DNA of 64,000 bases from Patescibacteria group bacterium (lineage in GTDB: Bacteria > Patescibacteriota > Patescibacteriia > JAQUQO01): positions 942 to 64,941 of the forward strand of contig JAQUQO010000001.1 in the NCBI GenBank assembly GCA_028716045.1, in the 5' to 3' direction. Made by a program: the position numbers and the translations under genes. The notes under the pieces were generated by a model. The model ran no database searches. It saw nothing but the letters and a program-made list of their open reading frames with translations, and was not told where the DNA came from. How positions within the stretch are numbered: position 1 is the first letter of the stretch; every line of letters starts with the position of its first letter. Shown here piece after piece: positions 10,512-20,100 of this stretch.

Positions 10512-11387
10512 ATGGCTAATAAATTTCGTAAATTATTTTTTCTTTGTTTTGCTCTAATTTTATTATCCGGCACTCTTGGCGGGCTGGTTTTGTGGGACAC
10601 GGGATATTTTGACCACCGTTTAAAAGTTATTTTTTGTGATGTCGGGCAGGGCGATGGTATTATTATCCGCACGCCGGAGAAGCAGACGATTTTAATTGAT
10701 GGCGGTCCTGACAATTCCATTGTTTATAAACTGGGCAAGTATTTGCCCTTTTATGATAAAGACATTGAAACGATGATTCTCACGCATCCGCACGAAGATC
10801 ATTTTATCGGTTTAATTGAAACCCTGCGCCGCTACAAAATCAAAAATATCTATTTTACTCCAGCCGTCGGCGATTCTCCGATATATTCTATTTGGCTTGA
10901 AGAACTTAAAAAAGAAGGAGCAGAAGAACATTTAGTCGGAGAGATTTTTGATATACCTCTTGGCGATAAACTCCACTTGAAGTTAATTCCCCCGCCCTCG
11001 GGAGTTTTGTTAGACGATTTAAATGATACTTCAATTGTTGGGCAAATGAGTTATGGCAACGATTTTTTTCTTTTTACCGGAGATATGAGCGCCAAGACGG
11101 AAGAGGTGCTTTTAAAGAGCGGTTTGAATTTAGAAACGGCTGTTTTAAAAGTCGGTCATCATGGCAGTAAATATTCTTCTTCGCTGGATTTTTTAAAAGC
11201 AACAGACCCGGAAATCGCAGTGATTTCCGTCGGGGCCAGAAATAAATTTGGTCACCCCAGTTATCGGACCTTAAAGAATTTAGAAAAATCCGGTGCGGCA
11301 ATTTATCGCACGGATAGAGACGGCGACGTTGTTATTTATAGCGATGGAGAGAGATTGACGGTCGGCAGTCAGACATTTAGCCAATGA
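10512..11387 (+). CDS. ComEC-type metallo-beta-lactamase nuclease domain, encoded as a separate gene
   Basis: FCDVGQGD, LIDGG, THPHEDH, LFTGD, LKVGHHGS and FGHP motifs. Confidence 0.9.
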   Translation: MANKFRKLFFLCFALILLSGTLGGLVLWDTGYFDHRLKVIFCDVGQGDGIIIRTPEKQTILIDGGPDNSIVYKLGKYLPFYDKDIETMILTHPHEDHFIGLIETLRRYKIKNIYFTPAVGDSPIYSIWLEELKKEGAEEHLVGEIFDIPLGDKLHLKLIPPPSGVLLDDLNDTSIVGQMSYGNDFFLFTGDMSAKTEEVLLKSGLNLETAVLKVGHHGSKYSSSLDFLKATDPEIAVISVGARNKFGHPSYRTLKNLEKSGAAIYRTDRDGDVVIYSDGERLTVGSQTFSQ

Positions 11388-11460
11388 GTTAAGTAAGTTT
11401 TGAGCTCCAAATTACAAATAGTACATAAAGGGTAGGTTTTTAAATAATCTTTAAAATTTA

Positions 11461-11723
11461 AAATCCCCCTTACTCCTTTTGGTAAGGGGGGAGTAAATTC
11501 TAATATTTTTAAAGAGTCGAAGACGCGATGACGTCATCGCGTGTATAAAAAGGTTGAGTAACTTTTTCTCCCTTTGCCAAAGGGAGCCCCTGATTCCGAG
11601 CACTCGGAATCAGGGGGGGGATTTAAGATTAAAAACTTTTGGAAGCTTTAAAAATTCCCCGTCTTTATTTACTCTCCTCTGCGAAGCGGATGCCGCGGGC
11701 GTAGGTCTGTGGGGCTCCGCCGA
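11461..11723. repeat. Cluster of REP-like palindromic repeats of several families
   Basis: aaatccccct...ggtaagggggg; acgcgatgacgtcatcgcgt (11523-11542); ctccctttgccaaagggag; cccctgattccgagcactcggaatcagggg (11587-11616). Confidence 0.65.
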
Positions 11724-11851
11724 TGACAAAAATTCTATAAGAGTAATTTAGCTTTTTGTTTTAGGGTTTTTTGACATTAGGATTTTGACATTCGTCCAGC
11801 CCATTCTAATTTCTAATTTTATATTCCTATACTCTTTCTTCCCACTGCTTG

Positions 11852-11904
11852 ACCCGTTGGTCGCGACCGACGGGTTTTGACCAGTCAGTCGCGACTGACT
11901 GGTC
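11852..11904. repeat. Two adjacent TCGCGA-centred palindromes
   Basis: acccgttggtcgcgaccgacgggt and gaccagtcagtcgcgactgactggtc. Confidence 0.75.
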
Positions 11905-11932
11905 TTGCCAAATATTTCAGCTTTGTTATACT
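11905..11932 (+). promoter_or_regulatory. Sigma70-type promoter for ndk
   Basis: TTGCCA-16 nt-TATACT with an extended TGn -10. Confidence 0.5.
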
Positions 11933-11958
11933 GGAATAATTATTTATTAATATTTTTT

Positions 11959-12549
11959 ATGGAAAAAACCCTGGTGCTTATTAAACCCGACGGAGTACAG
12001 CGCGCTTTAATTGGCGAGATAATTCATCGTTATGAAAGAACCGGGCTGAAGCTTATTGGGCTTAAAATGATAATCCCCACCGAGGAGTTGATTCGTAAAC
12101 ATTATCTTGTTGACCCGGAGTGGGTGCGCAAAGTTGGGGAAAAATCGATGGCTTCATATCAAAGCAAAGGATTAAAATCGCCCTTTAAGGACCCGTTGGA
12201 ATGTGGACAGGCGGTTTTGGGAAGATTGCAAAAATATATGTCGTCCGGACCGGTCATCGCCATGATTTGGGAGGGGAATAAAGCGGTTGGTATTGTTCGC
12301 AAGATTACCGGCGGAACCGAACCATTGTCTTCCGACGTTGGCACCATCCGCGGCGATTTGACCGTTGATTCTTATGATTTGGCTGATACCGGCGAACGCG
12401 CCATCAGAAATCTGATTCACGCTTCCGGCTCCCCGGAAGAAGCGGAAAAAGAAATTGCCATCTGGTTTAAATCCGGAGAAATAATGAAATATAATATCGC
12501 TCACGATAAAATCCTTTACGATGTTAATTTAGATGGGATTAGAGAGTAA
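11959..12549 (+). CDS. ndk: Nucleoside diphosphate kinase
   Basis: MEKTLVLIKPDGVQR, GTIRGD, NLIHAS. The ATG at 11959 is preferred over the upstream TTG. Confidence 0.95.
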   Translation: MEKTLVLIKPDGVQRALIGEIIHRYERTGLKLIGLKMIIPTEELIRKHYLVDPEWVRKVGEKSMASYQSKGLKSPFKDPLECGQAVLGRLQKYMSSGPVIAMIWEGNKAVGIVRKITGGTEPLSSDVGTIRGDLTVDSYDLADTGERAIRNLIHASGSPEEAEKEIAIWFKSGEIMKYNIAHDKILYDVNLDGIRE

Positions 12550-12822
12550 TTATATATTAGCCGGAAATTTTAGGTTGATTTTTTCAACCAAAAATGTTAT
12601 ATTTTAATTGACTTCACCATAATTGGCTCTTGTTTTGGGACAACCTTATATAAAAAAGCTCTATATTTTGTTTCGCCGAGGCGGAGCAATGCGGGCTTAC
12701 GGCGTTCCGAGCAATCGGGACCCATTGGCAAGCAGCCAAATACAATCCAATTATTGTGGAGTTTTTTTGTCTAATTTTATTCTCTCGCCCTCGGATTTGT
12801 ACTTAAAGAAGTTTTTTTATTT

Positions 12823-12899
12823 CGGGCCATAGCGAAGTTGGCTATCGCGCATGCATGGGGTGCATGAGACCGTGGGTTCAAGTCCCGCTGGCCCGACCA
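12823..12899 (+). tRNA. tRNA-Pro(GGG)
   Basis: Cloverleaf CGGGCCA...TGGCCCG-ACCA, anticodon arm CATGC-ATGGGGT-GCATG, T loop TTCAAGT. Confidence 0.92.
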
Positions 12900-13004
12900 A
12901 TTCAAACATTTTGTCCTATAAAAAACGAGTCCTTAGCGGACCGTTTTTGTTTGATTTTTACATTTTTTTATGAGAGAATTAAGGTGTTAATTAACATCAA
13001 AGAT

Positions 13005-13916
13005 ATGAAAAAGATTTTATTTATTATCACTATTTTGATTTTAGCCGGAACGGGTTGCGTAAAAATAGAAACAAGGAAATCGCCGTCGGACAATGAGGAA
13101 GGAACGGTGGAGCAAACAGCCGCCCTTGCCAACCCGGCCTCGGTTTATTGTGAAGAGCAGGGTGGAAAATTGGAAATCAGGAAAGAGCCAGCGGGAGAAA
13201 ATGGCGTCTGCGTTTTTTCAGATGGAAGCGAATGTGAAGAGTGGGCTTATTTCCGCGGGGAATGCCAGACGGGGGAGAAAGATGATTCGGCCGGGGGAGA
13301 GTCCAAAAATATCGCCAGAGATTGGATTTTAGCAAACTCTCCGACCTATAGGTTTGATGGCGCGGGGTTGAATTTTATGGAGACCAAATCTCTTACTTGT
13401 TCCGGTTGTTTTGAACATCTTTTTTCTTTTACCTCCAGCCAAGCGGGCTATGGTGACCGAACCGGAGAGATTTTAGCGCAAATGATGACGCCGCACGAAA
13501 TCAGAGTGGAAACAAGGAACGGTGCAATAACTTCGGCTATAACTGATAATAAATACGATGAAATAAAGAAAGAACTGCTTCCCGAAGTCAGGGAGGCGAA
13601 ATCTTTAAAAATAAGTTTAATCCCTCAAAACGATTCGGGCGAAGCTGGGGTGGCAGTGGTGGCGGCCACTCTCAACGAAACAGAAGTTTTAATTGAGTTG
13701 GCTTCTTATCCCCTAGACCCCCAGCCGGTTTATATTCAAAAAGGCAGTTGTGCCAAATTGGGCGAAGTCAGTTATAAATTAAATTCCGCGACGGAGGGTA
13801 AGTCAAAAACCATTCTTAATATATCCCTTGATGATTTAATGGCTTCTTTGCCCCTAGCTATTAATGTTTATAAGGACGCGGCTTCTTCCGCTTCCTGCGG
13901 CGATATTCTGCCCTAG
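13005..13916 (+). CDS. DUF333-domain lipoprotein
   Basis: MKKILF...LAGTGC lipobox; LANPASVYCEEQGG...C...CEEWAYFRGEC. Start moved to ATG 13005 because the longer ORF overlaps the tRNA. Confidence 0.8.
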   Translation: MKKILFIITILILAGTGCVKIETRKSPSDNEEGTVEQTAALANPASVYCEEQGGKLEIRKEPAGENGVCVFSDGSECEEWAYFRGECQTGEKDDSAGGESKNIARDWILANSPTYRFDGAGLNFMETKSLTCSGCFEHLFSFTSSQAGYGDRTGEILAQMMTPHEIRVETRNGAITSAITDNKYDEIKKELLPEVREAKSLKISLIPQNDSGEAGVAVVAATLNETEVLIELASYPLDPQPVYIQKGSCAKLGEVSYKLNSATEGKSKTILNISLDDLMASLPLAINVYKDAASSASCGDILP

Positions 13917-13937
13917 TTCGGCGATTATCTATATTCT

Positions 13938-14098
13938 TAACCCCTCTTACCCTCCCCTTACCTTAAGGGGAGGTCATAAAAATCCTCCTTTTAAAGTAAG
14001 GCACCTTTTCTCTTCCGCCCCTCTTAGAGTAACCTGCCTACGGTTCGACTGAGTTCACCGAAGTCCGGCGGGCAGGGAGGGGTTGGGGGGGGGGGTTA
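13938..14098. repeat. Inverted pair of CCCCTC-type REP-like repeats with nested palindromic inserts
   Basis: cccctcttaccctccccttaccttaaggggagg ... cccctcttagagtaa[cctgccta[24 nt]ccggcgggcagg]gaggggttgggggg. Confidence 0.7.
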
Positions 14099-14168
14099 GG
14101 GAGGTCCTTTTTAGCGCCTAGTATTTATGCTATAATAACAGCAAGTATTAAATAAATTTTTTAAATTT

Positions 14169-16607
14169 ATGTCTATCAAAAAAGTTGAGGTAGGAAGACC
14201 TGTTCCGTTCGGCCCTGAGCCGGCTCCGGATATGATTTCCAAAATTTTGGATGTTATCTCGCGGTGGAGCATTTATCTCCTCGTTTTCTTAATGCCGCTT
14301 TTCTTCCTGCCCCAGATAGTTGACTCTCTATATTTAAGCAAGCAGTTTTTAGCCGCGGTTTTTGTTCTCTTAAGTGTTATCGCCCTCGTGGCCAGAGTTC
14401 TTTTTAAGGGGGATAATGCGCCGCTGGTGAAAACTAGACTTAACTTTTTACTGCTGTTATTTGTCATCGGTGTGGCCTTGAGTTCGGTTTTTTCCGGCGC
14501 CAAATATCTAAGCTTTTGGGGATTCGGCGGCAGCGAGCCCTTTACCGGCTTGTCGGTTGCTTTGGTCGTCCTTTTTTACTTTTTAGCCAGAACTCTTTTT
14601 ATTGACAAGGAATTTTTAAGAAAGAATTTATTGCTTCTCTCACTGTCTTCCACTGTCTTATTTTTAGGCACGATTGCCATCGCTTTTTTGGTCGGGGTTT
14701 TTAAAATTTCTTATTTTATCAATATCTTCGGTACGGCCACCTGGAATCCGTTTGGCAGTGCCAATGCTTTGGCTATTTTTGCGGCCGTTTCGTTTGTTTT
14801 TGCGGTCGGCATTTTATTTACCAAGAATACTTTGGGAAGGGGCTTTAAATTTTTGCTGGCGCTGGAAGCCGTTTCCGCTCTCGTTCTGCTTCTCATCACC
14901 GGCTATCGGAACGCTTATTTGGCCGTGGCTATAACTCTTTTTGTTTTTATCGGGATTATTTTTGCTAAATATAAAAATGAATTCATCAAAAAAATAAATA
15001 CTCCGCTTCTGCTTTTCACAGTTTTTCTTTTATTGTTTATTTTCAGTTTTTCTTTGGCCAGATTTTTTATTGTTCCCGTAGAAATCAGTCCAGATGTCAA
15101 ATTATCTTTTGAAATCGGTTGGAAAGCGATGAGTGAAGGAGCTAAAAATTTTATTCTCGGTTCGGGACCAGCCACCTTCGCCTATGATTTTGCCCGCTAT
15201 AAACCAGACCTGCTAAATCAGACCAATCTTTGGAACGTCCGGTTCACTTCCGGTTATGCCGCCATCCCGACTTTAATGGCTGAACTTGGTCTTTTAGGTC
15301 TTGTATCTTTAGGCGTTTTTGTCCTTTACCACTTGTTTCTGCTTTTAAAGAGAGCCATTAATTTGCGCGGCGGGGAAGATTATTTCTTTAACGGAACCTT
15401 TTTGGCCTTTTTAGTGCTAGCCATTTCTCTCTTTATTTATCCGCTTAATTTTGTGACCTTCTTTTATTTGTTTTTCTTTTTGATTTTGGCTTTAGTCATC
15501 GCGGGCAAAGTCAGGGGAGAAACGGAAATTTTTTCTTTTGACACTTTGGCCCACAAAGCGCTTATCGGTGCCCTGTCTTTGATTGGCGTGTTAATAGGCG
15601 CGGCTTTTATTCTCTTTATTTTTTTAAGCCATTTCCGGGCCGAGATTAATTATACCGAGGGTTTAAGAAAATTGTCCGCCGGTGATACGGGCGGAGCGAT
15701 AACAAGTTTTTCCGAGGCCCTCAAATGGTATCATGATGATGCTTATTACCGCACTCTGGGTATTACGATGGTGAGCGATTACGTGGGGAAAATTAACCGC
15801 GGGGAAATTAAAGAGGATGGATTGGCCGCTATTCAGACCGGTTTTCAGAACGGCATTGGCTTTGCCAAAAGAGCTACGGAAATTAACCCTTTGGAAAGAG
15901 AAAATTGGTTCTCTTTGGGCGCGATTTACGAGAATCTGATACCTTTTGTCACTAATTCCGCGGACGCGGCCGTTGTCGCCTATAGCGAAGTGGAAAAATT
16001 AGAGCCGATGAATCCGGTGATTTATTTAGCCAAGGGCCGCACGTATCTTGCTTACGCTAATTTCTTAAAGCAGAGTATTAAGCAGGCCGAAAGCCAGCAA
16101 GATGTAGACAAGGAAGCCATAAAAAAATCCCAGGAAAAGTCCGATGAGTATCTTAATAAATCTTTGGAGCAATTGAATTTAGCCATAGAAAAAAAAGCTG
16201 ACCTTGAGGCAACCTATCTCGTTCTGTCGCAGTATTACGAAGCCAAAGGGGAAATAGATAAAGCCATTGAGAATCTGAAAAAGGCCAGAGCGTTGAATCC
16301 GCAGAATGTTAATTCCTTGTTTGATTTGGGCCGGCTGTTGTATAACAATAAGGATTATGACCAAACTATTACGGCTATGGAAAATATCTTGAAAGTCGTG
16401 CCGGAGAATGGCAACGCCCTGTTTATCCTCGGACTTTCTTACGACGCCAAAGGGGAAAAGGAAAAGGCGTTGACAACATTTAGAAAGTTAAAAGAAATTG
16501 CTCCGGATAACGAAGATGTTAAGAAGATTTTGGATAATTTAGAAAAAGGGTTACCGGCTACGAGTCAGTCAGGCGGTAGCGGAGAAATTGTTCAGCCAGC
16601 GGAATAG
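14169..16607 (+). CDS. O-antigen ligase-like polytopic membrane protein with C-terminal TPR repeats
   Basis: About 12 TM segments, LGSGPATFAYDF...LMAELGLLG loop, and TPR helices (A..LNP.N..., LG.SY...G). Confidence 0.8.
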   Translation: MSIKKVEVGRPVPFGPEPAPDMISKILDVISRWSIYLLVFLMPLFFLPQIVDSLYLSKQFLAAVFVLLSVIALVARVLFKGDNAPLVKTRLNFLLLLFVIGVALSSVFSGAKYLSFWGFGGSEPFTGLSVALVVLFYFLARTLFIDKEFLRKNLLLLSLSSTVLFLGTIAIAFLVGVFKISYFINIFGTATWNPFGSANALAIFAAVSFVFAVGILFTKNTLGRGFKFLLALEAVSALVLLLITGYRNAYLAVAITLFVFIGIIFAKYKNEFIKKINTPLLLFTVFLLLFIFSFSLARFFIVPVEISPDVKLSFEIGWKAMSEGAKNFILGSGPATFAYDFARYKPDLLNQTNLWNVRFTSGYAAIPTLMAELGLLGLVSLGVFVLYHLFLLLKRAINLRGGEDYFFNGTFLAFLVLAISLFIYPLNFVTFFYLFFFLILALVIAGKVRGETEIFSFDTLAHKALIGALSLIGVLIGAAFILFIFLSHFRAEINYTEGLRKLSAGDTGGAITSFSEALKWYHDDAYYRTLGITMVSDYVGKINRGEIKEDGLAAIQTGFQNGIGFAKRATEINPLERENWFSLGAIYENLIPFVTNSADAAVVAYSEVEKLEPMNPVIYLAKGRTYLAYANFLKQSIKQAESQQDVDKEAIKKSQEKSDEYLNKSLEQLNLAIEKKADLEATYLVLSQYYEAKGEIDKAIENLKKARALNPQNVNSLFDLGRLLYNNKDYDQTITAMENILKVVPENGNALFILGLSYDAKGEKEKALTTFRKLKEIAPDNEDVKKILDNLEKGLPATSQSGGSGEIVQPAE

Positions 16608-16848
16608 AAATTGGAAAATAGAATTAAATAGTTAGAATACAAAAAGGAGCGCCTAAGCGGTGTCCCCTTTTAAATTGTTAATTCAGATTCTTCGTCCCGA
16701 GTTCTTTGGGCTCAAAATAACATTGAGCAGGCGGCTTAAGATGATGCAGAAGGGGATTTGAAATAGTAATAAAATAAAAGGAATCAGAAACGGTAGAAAG
16801 TAGGGTTCAATAGAGTAAAGAATTTGAGAAATCAGAGAAGTATTTCCT

Positions 16849-16881
16849 TGTGGATAACCATTTCTAGCACCCTGTGGATAA
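16849..16881 (-). promoter_or_regulatory. Two perfect DnaA boxes
   Basis: TGTGGATAA at 16849-16857 and 16873-16881 in an AT-rich intergenic region. Confidence 0.5.
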
Positions 16882-17119
16882 CTTTTGAATTTTTTAACTA
16901 TTTTAGCGTTCTATGACCTTAAAATTTAGACTATTAGGGGTTAGCCAGTAGAGTTTTTAGAATTTTTTAGCTAATATTAGCTAAAAAATATCAAAAATTG
17001 ACCAAAAATCAAGAAATTTACAAAGAGAAAGGGAGTTTTTCTGATTTTTAGTAAAAAAGTTTGATTTTTCGGCTATTTTATGCTATAATAAATATACAAA
17101 TAAATATAACTTTTACTAT

Positions 17120-20100
17120 ATGTGGAGGGTGAAAAAGGTATTCACCGCCTTTGTTTGGTTTCTGGCCATTACTTTTTTTATTGGAATAGCGGCGGCCAAG
17201 GCGGGAAGTTTGACTCCTTCGGCGGCTCCGGGCTCTACTATGCGGAGCTTGTCGGAGATTTTTAACACTTTGGCCGGTACTTATGATTCTTCTGCCCAGA
17301 TAGCCGATATTGACGGAAACGTTTCACAGCAGTTGAAATACATTGCTGGTTTAAGTTTGCAAAATATTTACACCAACTCTTCCGCCGCCACTATTACCAC
17401 CACGGATAACAAAACGATTACTTTTAGTTTAGCGGATACGGCGACGGACTCAAACTTATTAGTCAACATTTTGGGTGGCAATAAATTTGAGGTGCAGAAT
17501 AATGGCACGGCCGTTTTTACCGTTAACTCGGACAGCGTTGATATTTTAAGCGCCGCCGCGCCCACTGTTGATGCTGCCGGAGAAATAGCGATTGACTCAA
17601 CCATTGCCAACCAGCAGGGCACCTTGGTATTCCATAATGGCACAGCAGAACAATACACGGTGGCTTTGGCTGCCGCAGATTTGCCGACAACAGACGATTA
17701 TGTTTTGGCCTACGATGCCGATAATGATAAATATTATTTTAAGGCCGTGAGTTCGGCTTCTTCCGCTTATGATGATATTGGCGATCCGGATGCCGATTCC
17801 ACCATTGCTTTTGCCGGATATACCAATACTTGGACATCAACTTTGGATACGGGAACAATTTCCACCATTTCCAATACTGATAGTAACGATTTTTCTGGCG
17901 CTACTTCTATTTTAGATTTAAAACTTTCCAATGACGGCGATGCTAATGGTTATTTTCTGCGCGGTTATGACAACAGTGGAAATGATTTGAAATTTTCCAT
18001 TGGCTCTAATGGCGCCGTTGTTTTTGGTTCAGCCAGTGTTTCCAGCTTAAATGTTAATAACGGCGGTATTACCAACGGAGGAAATATTGACGCTACCGCT
18101 GGCCTTGATGTGTCTGGCGGTGCTTTTAGTTTTACGGGCACGGCCGGCTCTTGGACAATTGCCGCGGCCAATTCAGCTCTCACCCAAACCGGTACCGGCA
18201 CAGTGATTTTCACCGGCAATGTTGATGCTGGTTTAGGATTAGATGTTACGGGTGCTATTACTGGCACTACTTCCTTGGATGTTGACGGTTCGGTTAATTT
18301 AGCCGATACCACCGCCGGCTCTGATGTTACCATCGGCAATGCCACCGGCAATATAGCTTTGACTTCAGACAATTTTGACACTACTCTCACTGATGCCATC
18401 GATGATGTTTTTCAGATTAAAAATGCTACCGGCGGCACAGTATATTTTGATATTGACCTTGGGGCGGCTGACGCCGTCACCCTTGGTAATGCTGCGGCTA
18501 CCCTTACTCTTGCGGGTTCCACTATCACCGCTGACAATCTAACTGTTACTAATGACATTGCCCTCACTTCCGGCGGCTCTATTGCCACCACTGCCAACGG
18601 CAACCTTACTTTACTACCAAATGGTTCAGGTATCACCATTGTGGGCGATGCCGGTGCCACCTCGCATACTTTAAATACTAACGACGATTTGTTTATCGCT
18701 GGCAGATTAGAGGTTGATGGCGCCGCCTATTTTGACAGCACCATAACTATTGCCCCTTTATCCGCTAATGCCCAAAAAGGGATAACTTTAACTGTTTCCG
18801 CTGATACGGATGGAGATATTGTGTATGGAACGTATAGCACGGTAAACACCGGCACCGGCACTCTGGCGGCAGATGGTAGATTTGCGTATGGCGTTTATAA
18901 TTCCGTTGAGGCCAGTACGGACACTGATGTCGGCGAGAACTATCAAGCGGTAGCCGTTGGGGTTAGAAACGACCTTACTGTTACCGGAGAGATGGGCGTT
19001 TCCACTGGCGTTTATAATTACGCCGATGCTAATTTGGAGGATTACGGCGAGATTGAAGGCGTTTGGAACTATTTATCACCAACCACCATTATCACGCCTA
19101 ACGGAGGAAATTTAACCGGAGTTGGCAACGCCATTTACGCCAATAATTTAACCGCGGGGAATACTTTAACAATCTATGGGGTCAGGAATGATATTTTGAC
19201 GACCTCCGCCGGCGGCACTATTACAGCTTATGGCGTTGATTCCAATATGAGAACCAAGGCCGGTGATACTGGCTATCATATTTCCATCGGCAATGGCTGG
19301 GGGGCTTCCACCGGCGGCACGCAGTACGGTTTTTATTCCAATGTCAGCGATACTGATATAACCTATTACCCAATTTATGAAGCCACTAATAAGGGCTATA
19401 ACATTTTATATTCCAATACTCGCATTGGCGGCACTACGGACCCGACTAATGCTTTGTCGGTTACTGGTATGGTTGATTTTTCTAGTGCCCTTGCTTTGGG
19501 TAGTGACCTCACTATTTACGAAGCCACTAACGACGGCAGTCCGGAAATCCGTCTTGGTTCTGCCGACGCCGAAGAATTGCATATCCAAGCAAATTATACC
19601 GGCGGAGCTCAAACTCTTGCCAGCGTCACCTTTACCACTGACACAGCCCTCGCTGGCGCGGATTCGGGTAAATACATCTTTAACGTAGATGGTGCGGATA
19701 TTCTCACGATTGATGATGGGGGGATTGATGTTGTAAACTCCATAACCGCGAGAGATGAGACCTTAACTTATGATGCCCTAGGCGCGACTTATCCTTCTAC
19801 TGCTGGATTGGTGTTACAAAATACAACCGCAGCCACAAATGTCGCTGCACAATATTCACCCGCTTTGGAGTTTATAACTCAAGCGTGGAGTGGTACGGCA
19901 ACGCAAACAGATAATTGGAGAATTTTTGCAGCCCCTATATACCCTGGTGCTCACCGTAACGATTTACAAATTTATTCTAAAGAAGGGGCAGGCGCCTGGA
20001 CTCGAAGGGCGTTTTGGATGGAGGATGGTAGTCTTGTTTTGGGAAGTAACTCAGCTTTGCAATTAAACCCTGTCCAAACAACTTTTGGGGTAACGTATAC

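Noticed and set aside
12674-12740. SRP RNA or c-di-GMP-I riboswitch
   Set aside because: AGCAGCC is present but the SRP CAGG..GNRA helix-8 geometry is not, and the GEMM P1 stem is missing. Kept only as an unassigned candidate RNA.
12855-13004. N-terminal 50 aa of the 353-aa ORF
   Set aside because: It overlaps tRNA-Pro; the lipoprotein signal begins at ATG 13005.
16610-17119. Replication origin
   Set aside because: Only two boxes, no dnaA/dnaN nearby, and no change in gene orientation across the site.
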